Shown: one piece after another, positions 56,426 to 64,000 of the stretch
Layout: the number at the start of each line of letters is the position of its first letter
How positions within the stretch are numbered: position 1 is the first letter of the stretch
IMG/VR virus record: IMGVR_UViG_2508501066_000002
Location: 1 to 64,000 of that record
Length of the DNA: 64,000 bases
DNA from: a virus
Taxonomy: Duplodnaviria > Caudoviricetes
Reading direction: 5' to 3' (one strand)
The notes under the pieces: generated by a model
Told to the model about the DNA's origin: nothing
The model's input: only the letters and a program-made list of their open reading frames with translations
Database searches by the model: none
Position numbers and translations under genes: made by a program

Positions 56426-56899
56426 ACATCGTCGGTAATCTTTTCTACACGGACTTCCCGCTTAGTACGAGAACAAAACTGAGCGGGAATATGCCGGACT
56501 AGCGGGCAGAATAAAAACGTGCGGATTTTAGCTAAAAATCATTGATGTCGAGGTCGTAGTCCTTCTCGGCGGCGGGAAGTTCGTAAACGGGATTTTGGGC
56601 AGGTTCGAAGAGTCTCGGGTTCTTGGTCTTCATTCGACGAAGAACGTGTTCTAGGCGTTTTTCCTCATGGTAGTCGCAAATCGACCAGGAATGAGGTTTG
56701 GAGAGAATGCGGTTGCATTTCGTTCTGGAGTAGGTGTCGGGAGGGACCGGGTAGTCTTGGGCGTGGGAGAGAGCAGGGAGGAGAAAGAAGGGAAGTAGGA
56801 GAAGGGGTTTGTGAAGTTGGGACTTGGTTCGTGGAACCTGGCGAGGAGGGGTGTTGGCGGGTGCCCGGCCAACCCTTACATTTTCAAAATCTTTAAATT

Positions 56900-57052
56900 C
56901 AAAACCTTCAAACACATCCTCAAAACTTCCACACTCATCATCTACGTCCTCAAAACCTTCACACTCATCATCTACGCCTTCAAAACTTCCACACCCACAC
57001 TCACACTCATCATCTACGCCTTCAAAACCTTCAAACACATCTTCAAAATTCC
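56900..57052 (+). repeat. degenerate C/A-rich tandem repeats
   Basis: recurring CAAAACCTTC/CAAAACTTCC and CACACTCATCATCTACG x3; almost no G on the + strand. Confidence 0.8.
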
Positions 57053-57209
57053 CACGCCTATCACCTATATCTCTACCATTAACATTCAAGTTCTTACCCA
57101 TGTCGATTCTTGCCTCTCTCAACTTTTCATCAATCCATCGGCCGGAAAATAGAGTTTGATTTTCATGCTGGGCTCTCTCAAAGGTCGCCCTACTGAGCGG
57201 CATATAGAT

Positions 57210-57563
57210 TTACTCGGTTGAGCCGAAGGCTTCGTCTAAGGCTTGATTGACGTTCGCTGCGTGGTCTTCCAGATCAACGCTACCTGCCGCATGGATAACC
57301 TCGTAGACCTTTTCTGAGCCATGCTCTTGTACAAGGTCATGAATACGATCATTCAGTTTTTGATTGGCTGTTACCACAGCGCTCCACCAGTCAAACGTAT
57401 CTTGGTCGCAAACATAAGCATCACGATCTTCGTCCCATTCAAACTGACCGTCGATCAATGCGCCTGTGTTGCCGATGAAGTCAGAGATATAGTCAACCCC
57501 AGATTTAGGGTCGATGATGGAAAGGGTTTCAATTGCGGAGGTTTCTTTGATGATGATTTTCAT
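57210..57563 (-). CDS. acidic hypothetical protein
   Basis: 117 aa, D/E-rich. Confidence 0.65.
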   Translation of the reverse strand: MKIIIKETSAIETLSIIDPKSGVDYISDFIGNTGALIDGQFEWDEDRDAYVCDQDTFDWWSAVVTANQKLNDRIHDLVQEHGSEKVYEVIHAAGSVDLEDHAANVNQALDEAFGSTE

Positions 57564-57568
57564 GATTT

Positions 57569-57802
57569 CTATCCTGCATCAAGTTCGGCGGCTGCCTGTC
57601 TCACAGCTTCAACGTTATGCCCCGTAGAGTTAGTCGTCACGGTGCGGTAAATCGGCATGTAGTTTTCACACTCCACGCCGCGCGTCGAGATTGTGTAACT
57701 GAACGTTGCCATACTTTGCCAGTCGCTTGCCTTCGCCTGCACTCGATAGCAATGCGCTGCGTTCGGGCAAAATGTTTGCGTGCACATCGTAATGTCAGCC
57801 AT
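57569..57802 (-). CDS. Cys-rich cassette-like protein
   Basis: MADITMC...CP....CYR; bounded by GTTATGC...GCATAAC. Confidence 0.65.
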   Translation of the reverse strand: MADITMCTQTFCPNAAHCYRVQAKASDWQSMATFSYTISTRGVECENYMPIYRTVTTNSTGHNVEAVRQAAAELDAG

Positions 57803-58130
57803 GTTTGTTACCTCGTCGCATAACTGTGCCTTCAACTCGGACGCCTTCGGCGCCGGTTAAGGCGTCGTTATGCCTCAGTCGCCTTCCAGTAATCCGGGTC
57901 AACGTCATCGCCCCGGCCTCCTTGCGCACGGCGATGTCATCCACCGGAGTAAATCTGCGATAGAACTCGTACAGCGGTAATGCCCACACGCGCCCTAGAT
58001 CGTCTTGAAACACGGCAGTCATAGGACACTTATCCCTGTCAACCGCGCCCTCGTTGGCGATTAGTACCACCGTAAAGCGGTTACCGCTGTAGTGCTCCCA
58101 TACCTGTCCAGGCTGAGGGATCGTATTCAT
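57795..58130 (-). CDS. DUF1653-like protein reading through attC
   Basis: PGQVWEHYSGNRFTV...VWALPL.EF..RF. Confidence 0.6.
   Translation of the reverse strand: MNTIPQPGQVWEHYSGNRFTVVLIANEGAVDRDKCPMTAVFQDDLGRVWALPLYEFYRRFTPVDDIAVRKEAGAMTLTRITGRRLRHNDALTGAEGVRVEGTVMRRGNKHG
57818..57873 (+). other. integron attC site (complete)
   Basis: GCATAAC-TGTGC-CTT(C)AAC-TCGG(A)CGCC..GGCGCCG-GTTAAG-GCGTC-GTTATGC with both extrahelical bases. Confidence 0.88.
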
Positions 58131-58483
58131 TGCCCGTCCTCCTTTCTCATTGCGTCGTCGATGGCGGCGGCCAGTCTGCGCAACCGCTTGTAGCACGCTT
58201 CGTCAATGGCGTGGTTGTCGTCTCGGTCTTTTTTTAATTCTTCGATCAATTCTTTGTCTGTCATGTGTGCTCCTATGCACTGATGCGAGCACGAGGCATC
58301 AATGCTTTCTGGCGGCTCTCCGTCAATCCAATCTGAAGTTGAGCGATTTCGGCACAACACGTGACCATCACAATCAAGCTCGTACAGATAGCCATCGAAA
58401 TTACACGCATCAAAAAACATCACTCTGGCTCTGAGCTGTTCATTTGCAGGCAGACACACAAATGGAAGTCTTTTGCTCATCAC
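58127..58483 (-). CDS. hypothetical protein (possibly two fused ORFs)
   Basis: internal AGGAG-ATG at 58264. Confidence 0.4.
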   Translation of the reverse strand: MMSKRLPFVCLPANEQLRARVMFFDACNFDGYLYELDCDGHVLCRNRSTSDWIDGEPPESIDASCSHQCIGAHMTDKELIEELKKDRDDNHAIDEACYKRLRRLAAAIDDAMRKEDGQ

Positions 58484-58583
58484 AGCTTCTCACCTCGAAT
58501 ATCAATCAACAAACATGAATTGTCGTGTGGAAATGATTGTTGAGCGTGTATTAGAACACGCTCAACGTGGGACTTATTCGGAA

Positions 58584-59051
58584 TTATGCGAATCTTTCTG
58601 TTAATGCGTCAAATTCTTTCTCTGTGATCAAACCCGATTTCATAGCGACTTTTTTGGCTATTTCGACAATTTCATCGTCTTGTTCGAAAATCATTTGTTC
58701 GATTGCGGCGATTCTTGGGTTTTCGCTCTGTGACCCATAAGAATCGTCACAGTCATATTTCGTGGAAATATTCAAACGTTCGAGTAAGTGGACGAATCTG
58801 CTCAGCAAAAACGCTGCTTGGGAAAGGTCTTCGTCATTGTCGAACGAACGATTGTGAAAGTTGAATTCGTTGAATTCCCAGAGCAGAATCGCGCCGGGCA
58901 TTGTATATTCGTTTGCAGCTTCTTTGATGGGAATGCCTGCGGGAGCGTCGTTGTGCGACATCGTGGTTTCGATCTCGAAGAGGTCTTCTTTGGTGATGTC
59001 TTCGAGATTGTGAGACGTATTGAGACGGTCGAAGAGTTCTTGCATTTTCAT
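58584..59051 (-). CDS. acidic hypothetical protein
   Basis: GAGGA RBS, upstream phage promoter, downstream hairpin 58539-58566. Confidence 0.65.
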   Translation of the reverse strand: MKMQELFDRLNTSHNLEDITKEDLFEIETTMSHNDAPAGIPIKEAANEYTMPGAILLWEFNEFNFHNRSFDNDEDLSQAAFLLSRFVHLLERLNISTKYDCDDSYGSQSENPRIAAIEQMIFEQDDEIVEIAKKVAMKSGLITEKEFDALTERFA

Positions 59052-59226
59052 TTGCGTTCCTCGTTAGTTGAAAGCGTGCTCAATTAGCACGCTGTTAGTA
59101 TCGATCGGTGTTTTAGGGGTGTGTTAGGAAATCTCGCTTTCTTTAAAGATTTTCTTAATAACGATCTCGACTTCGAGCGCCTTGACTTTCTCGAAGTCGG
59201 AAATCTCGGCAGCTCGCTTCTTTCGC

Positions 59227-59430
59227 TCATTCGTATTCGCCGCTCAGATCCCAAAGCGTCGTGCAATCGATAACATCTTCGTCGCCTTCGATGAATTCCG
59301 CGATTTCTTCCCATCTATTCGCGGTCACGATTGCGTGCCGAATGTCGCTGTCAGATTGAAGGCGATAGGTGATTTTGACGCCAATCTGAGCGTCATCTTG
59401 TCGAACTGTTGCCTGAATGATTGCTGCCAT
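59227..59430 (-). CDS. small acidic protein
   Basis: 67-aa ORF from ATG at 59430. Confidence 0.45.
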   Translation of the reverse strand: MAAIIQATVRQDDAQIGVKITYRLQSDSDIRHAIVTANRWEEIAEFIEGDEDVIDCTTLWDLSGEYE

Positions 59431-59823
59431 GATTCTCTCTAAATTATGAATGCCTGATCGTCGAGTTCGCCGGTTTCGACGATTCTTTCGAGATAGACTC
59501 GAATAGAGCCTCCATAAATGAGTCTTTGCAGGGCGTCGAAGAATCACATCGAAACGGGCGATTCGATGGACTGAACAACGAGCCCATTTATCGAATATCG
59601 TTTTCGTTGCCGTTCCAGCAGCACAGGTTGAAGCTGATCGTGCCGACACGAACTTCCTCTTTTCTGCCGGGCGAAGTGATTTTGGCGTGCAGGGTGTGAA
59701 TTTCTACGCCCTTTTGAGTGTGTGTGATGGTCAGATACATGATGTGCCTTTTTTTGATTTGATGGTGAGCCCGCTCTCAGCACAAGCGTATGATCGCGCG
59801 CTGAGAGCGGGCGCCGTTCGGGA

Positions 59824-60039
59824 TTATTCGCTGCTGACGTACAGCATTTCGTGCGGCCAGTACCTGAATGTCGCTTTGTCGTCTCTGTAGCGATGGTGAT
59901 GACGAATCATCCCATCGGACGTTTTTTCGATTCGTTCGACGACGTAGTCGAAGACGTAGTCGAATCGAGCGGTGAGAAACACCACTCGATCGCCTACACG
60001 AATCTCGCTTGCCTTTATTGATCTCGTGTTGACTCGCAT
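59824..60039 (-). CDS. small SH3-like beta protein
   Basis: IKASEIRVGDRV motif. Confidence 0.5.
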   Translation of the reverse strand: MRVNTRSIKASEIRVGDRVVFLTARFDYVFDYVVERIEKTSDGMIRHHHRYRDDKATFRYWPHEMLYVSSE

Positions 60040-60041
60040 TG

Positions 60042-60308
60042 TCAAAACCCCAAAATCTCTTTCATTGCCCAGCAGGTCTCTTCTTGCTGACGGATCAGAA
60101 TCGCTTCGGCCTCCTCGATCTCTTCGAAGGCGTCGGTCACGGAATGTGCTGGCGAACGACCGTAAAACGAATGCTCGCTATAGTAATCGAAATTCGCGCC
60201 GTCTGTAGCAGAGCCTTGAGCGACATGCTCCCAAGCGGCATTTCGCTCGCAAGCAAAGCTCTTCAAAATGGTGTCGATGGTCGTTGCACGGCTAACTAAG
60301 TTTGCCAT
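60042..60308 (-). CDS. hypothetical acidic protein
   Basis: AAGGAG RBS, upstream promoter and operator. Confidence 0.55.
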   Translation of the reverse strand: MANLVSRATTIDTILKSFACERNAAWEHVAQGSATDGANFDYYSEHSFYGRSPAHSVTDAFEEIEEAEAILIRQQEETCWAMKEILGF

Positions 60309-60955
60309 GTTTTTTTCTCCTTTTGTTGAGTCACTACTGAGTTAACAGCATTGACAGTCTAATGAGATGAATTCGGCAGATATTAGGGAACGAATTGTCT
60401 GTCGAGTGTTGCGCCGTAGACATTTTCAAGCGCGCGACGAAGAGCCGCGCGCAGCTCAGGATTGTCTTTGATGTTCATTAAATTACCTTATTTGTGAGTT
60501 ATCGGAGCGCGCCATGCACGCTCCGAAGATCCGTTATGCGAACCGACTCAAAACCTCGCGCTTCGAAAGATAGGTTTCGATTTCCTTATTGTCGAAGACA
60601 GCGACTACGAGGTCGTTGATCTCCTTCAGCATGCCTTCGAGCGTCTGGGCGCTGTAGTATCTCGCGCGTTCCTCGTTTGAAACGTCCAGCGCATCGAGCA
60701 GTTCAAGCTTGACGCGCAAGGCGCACTGTATGGCTTCGCGGGTCGTGAGTTCGTGTGCCGCGCGCACCTTCGTGCGTCTGAAGTTTCCTTCTTTGTCGAT
60801 GTATCTCCGCGTTTCAGTGGGTGCAACGACGTGCATCAGAACTTTGTTTAAGTTCAGCAATACACTTTCTCGGATCATTTTTAATCTCGCTCTGTCAATG
60901 CGCTTAATTAGCGCAGCGATAGTGTCGCGAGGTCTTTCAGGGTGAAGTTCGGGAA

Positions 60956-61222
60956 CTAAACGGGAATGATCTTGTTGTTTTCGTCGACCCAGACCGTTTT
61001 CTGGCGTGGCATCGGTGTATTGAAGATGCACTTCAGCCAGGCTCGGCCCTTGTCGGTGAGTACATAGCAGCCCCGGCCCTTTTTGTCGCTCTCCTTGAGA
61101 ACTTCGTTTTCGAGGAATTCGGCGATGGAGCGGCAAACGCTCATCGAATCGATTTCGGGGTGTGGATCAAACGACATATGATAATGAAGCAAAATCTGAA
61201 GACCGAGTGGCGTTAATTGCAT
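60956..61222 (-). CDS. winged-helix-like small protein
   Basis: LTPLGLQILL...YVLTDKGRAWL; GGAGG RBS. Confidence 0.55.
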   Translation of the reverse strand: MQLTPLGLQILLHYHMSFDPHPEIDSMSVCRSIAEFLENEVLKESDKKGRGCYVLTDKGRAWLKCIFNTPMPRQKTVWVDENNKIIPV

Positions 61223-61684
61223 ATCAACCTCCCAAGAATTTATCGAGCAAAGTAATCATGACCGTACCAATCAAAGCGATCATCATTGCCGTCGATATCA
61301 GACCTAGCAATCGACCGCTGGGTTGCGAGCACGGCGCAAACGTGCGCCAATCGTTTTGTTTGAAGTCTTTCATCGTTTTTGCGCGAGAAATGGAGGTGAC
61401 TGCCGAAACAGTCACCCCTGAGTTATTATCGAGCTTGCGCGAAAATCCGATATGTCGGCATCGATGCGTTCAAACCGACAGCTCGCAATCGCTTCGCTTC
61501 GCGCGTCGCCCGGTTGAACCCCGCCAGCGCCTCTTTGAACTCCGAATATTTGACGCGATGAGAAATCGCCGCAACCTGATCGAGTCTGTAGATCGATTTA
61601 CGCGGGTTCGGCTTCACGATGTAGAACTTCCTCATTTTCTTTACCTTTGCTTGTCGTGCGTGCTCAATCAGCACGATGACAGTA

Positions 61685-62347
61685 TCAAGCGGCATTTGCG
61701 GGCTGTATTTGGGATTCTTCAGGCTTTAGATAAGACGCAAGATTTTCGTAAAGCAGGCTGTTGTCGGGAATCGGCATTTCTTCCAGTACGAAGGCTTGAT
61801 GCGCGATAACAAAACGTTTTTTCCACAGTGCCGGTATTTCAAGCGCGTCGGGGCCGGCAATCGCCAACGTCTTTTCGCAGATCCTTTTCCAGTCCGCCTC
61901 CCCCTGCGGCCCGAGCGTTGGGTTGAGTCGACCGGTTGTCGCCAAGTGCCGAAGTTCGTCGATGCGCGCGCAAAAGCGCGTCATCCAATTCATCAATTCG
62001 TCAATGTTTTCGCACATGAACGGCGGCGGCAAACTGATCATCAACGTGTCTTTGCACTGCCGTTCGATCCGATCGAACGTCAGAAGAATCGCCAATGCCA
62101 ACGCCTGAAAGTCCGAAACTGTCGCCTTACCGTGAATGGTTTGATAGATAAAGGAAATCTTGCATCCGTCAGCGGTAAAGCCGACTCCGTCGTTGTCGTT
62201 CCAGGAGATTGGTTGCTTGATGTGAGATTCGATAATCGACTTGATACTTTCGAAGTCGACAAAACCTTCGAGATCGATAAGTCTGTGTTCGTCATCAATC
62301 AAGATGGTCGTGAGTCGCGTGATGGACTCTTTAGTTTGCTCTGTCAT
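61685..62347 (-). CDS. hypothetical protein
   Basis: AAGGAG RBS, 220 aa. Confidence 0.6.
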   Translation of the reverse strand: MTEQTKESITRLTTILIDDEHRLIDLEGFVDFESIKSIIESHIKQPISWNDNDGVGFTADGCKISFIYQTIHGKATVSDFQALALAILLTFDRIERQCKDTLMISLPPPFMCENIDELMNWMTRFCARIDELRHLATTGRLNPTLGPQGEADWKRICEKTLAIAGPDALEIPALWKKRFVIAHQAFVLEEMPIPDNSLLYENLASYLKPEESQIQPANAA

Positions 62348-62560
62348 GAGTGCTCCTTTCTTTGTGAAAATAAATCATTGGTTATTTATTGCCGTTGCGC
62401 AAGCTCTGTCAAAAAATAGCCCCGGCGAACCGGGGCAACAAGCACTAACAAGGCGCGCACAACAAAATCTTTAACTCATTTATGAGTTATTTATTTGATG
62501 CGCATAGTGTACGCAAAGCGATTCGGGATGTGCTCGGGGAAAAACGTTAGATGTCTTTCA

Positions 62561-62830
62561 TTACCAATTGCCATAATTCTTCTCCTTTCGAGATTGCTGT
62601 TTACGCTGCTCTTCGGCTTCGATGTGACGTCTGTATGCGATTGACCGGGCGGCGGCGATCAGATCGTCTTTGTAGGACTTTCGAAATTTAGCAAGAAAGG
62701 GGCTGTCTCGAAGTTCTTCGAGACCTTCCACATCGCAGATGCCGTAAATTTCCGCGACGCTTTTTTCCATTTCGACGATCTTTTGAGCAATCAGACGATC
62801 GGCGTGTTCATCTATTTCCGCGTGAGCCAT
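62561..62830 (-). CDS. hypothetical protein ending YGNW
   Basis: 89-aa ORF. Confidence 0.5.
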   Translation of the reverse strand: MAHAEIDEHADRLIAQKIVEMEKSVAEIYGICDVEGLEELRDSPFLAKFRKSYKDDLIAAARSIAYRRHIEAEEQRKQQSRKEKNYGNW

Positions 62831-63223
62831 GTCACTCTTCAAAAGCGTCTAAGCCGAACTTTCCGAATCGTTTCATGCTAACTATAAGTTTTCACTATAA
62901 GTTTTGAGAAAGTAGCGAGGTCTTTAAAAAGACTTTTGACTTCCCGTTTTCAACCTTATACTTAGGATTTTTTCGTCTTATACTTATGCCAAACCCCTGA
63001 TTTCAAAGGAGAATTTGGAAATTTCCCGAAATTCCGAAAATACCTCGAAACTTATACTCGATCTCAGCGCCGACCGTACTTTTCTGCCGCATGAACGGTC
63101 GAAAGCCCCGCAATCAGCATCAACGATCCAACAAATTGCAGAATTGGATTGACCTTAAAAAACCAATACAGTCCGATTCCGATCAGAAATAATCGACCCA
63201 GGTTAATAATGAGCGTCAGCATG

Positions 63224-64000
63224 TCACCAAGTCCCGTAATTGGGATTGACTTTTCGCGTTCGAATTTTCGGAATTTGTTCGAGTTTCGACGGGTCGATTT
63301 GGCTCAGAACGACTCGCGCGAGTCGTTCGGGATCTTTTTCACCGATTCTGCCTTTTTCGACGAGATTGAGATATCGCGCCCTGGAACCGTATGGTATTTC
63401 TGCGGTAACGGAATCGAATGCCCTGCCGAATCTCAAAATAGGGACTAATAGATCCTCGTTGAAGTTGAAGTCGAACACGATATCGCCTCGACTGATGGTT
63501 TCGCTGTCGAACTCCAAAATCTTTACATTCTGATCGGGCAAATAATGCGGGAATATCAAGAATTGATTCGGCGGCAAATCGTAATCGATGATGATTTCTT
63601 CGTTTTCAGGATTGTCGTTACAAACACCAAGCGTGTAGTCGAGACCAATATATTCAAGAATCGCGAGCCGCAAGAGTCTGGATTTTTTGTCGAAGAAATC
63701 GACCAAAGCGACCTCGTTTTTTTCGTTCTTAAACGCTGCAAGACTCTCGGGCGTGTATACCGGCACGAGTCGACTTTCGGGAATGATCTCCCAGCAGTGG
63801 CGATCGACGTTGTCGCAGGAACGAATGAGTTCGCCCGATCTGAGTTTCAGCAGCGGTAAAACGGTGTATAGTTTTTTGCCCAAGATGGTTGTTGCACACT
63901 CTTCCAAAATACCGCCATACCACGAGCGGGCCGGGTCGCTCGGCTCCAATACCAAACAAACGGTTCCGGGCTGCATGGCGTCGTCACCCGTTGAACTCAT
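63224..64000 (-). CDS. hypothetical protein ending YGTW (may extend beyond the window)
   Basis: 258-aa open frame to the window edge. Confidence 0.6.
   Translation of the reverse strand: MSSTGDDAMQPGTVCLVLEPSDPARSWYGGILEECATTILGKKLYTVLPLLKLRSGELIRSCDNVDRHCWEIIPESRLVPVYTPESLAAFKNEKNEVALVDFFDKKSRLLRLAILEYIGLDYTLGVCNDNPENEEIIIDYDLPPNQFLIFPHYLPDQNVKILEFDSETISRGDIVFDFNFNEDLLVPILRFGRAFDSVTAEIPYGSRARYLNLVEKGRIGEKDPERLARVVLSQIDPSKLEQIPKIRTRKVNPNYGTW

Noticed and set aside
1-64000. tRNA/rRNA genes, integrase, attP
   Set aside because: None recognised by eye; tRNAscan-SE and the rest of the genome would be needed to exclude them

Overview
The window is a large part of a siphovirus-type tailed phage or phage-plasmid genome. 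Its gene order recalls SSU5/pHCM2-like phage-plasmids (my inference, not searched). Most genes are on the minus strand. From left to right: replication genes (ATP-dependent ligase, primase, DnaB, an Hfq/Sm-like protein); an intact tnpB-only IS200/IS605 element; PhoH; an accessory virion module; holin and spanins with no recognisable endolysin; a full tail and head operon; an intein-containing terminase broken by a frameshift; a wHTH / ABC-ATPase-GNAT / two-ParB-N cluster; an intein-containing SF2 helicase (+ strand); and a ~16 kb early/accessory region of small ORFs and structured non-coding DNA. The most unusual signals are: (1) integron attC sites and half-sites bounding small phage genes that run antisense to the normal cassette orientation, with no integrase in the window; (2) a 1.1 kb segment whose coding sequence is tiled with perfect hairpins and bracketed by sigma54-like boxes, with Fur boxes on one side; (3) a terminase intein that may be naturally split; (4) about 25 dispersed copies of a palindromic operator AAGTCA-N4-TGACTT and a 7-copy phage-specific promoter; (5) a moron flanked by 76-bp direct repeats; (6) a 38-bp perfect palindrome in an origin-like region. 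All product calls come from motif reading by eye; no database search was run.
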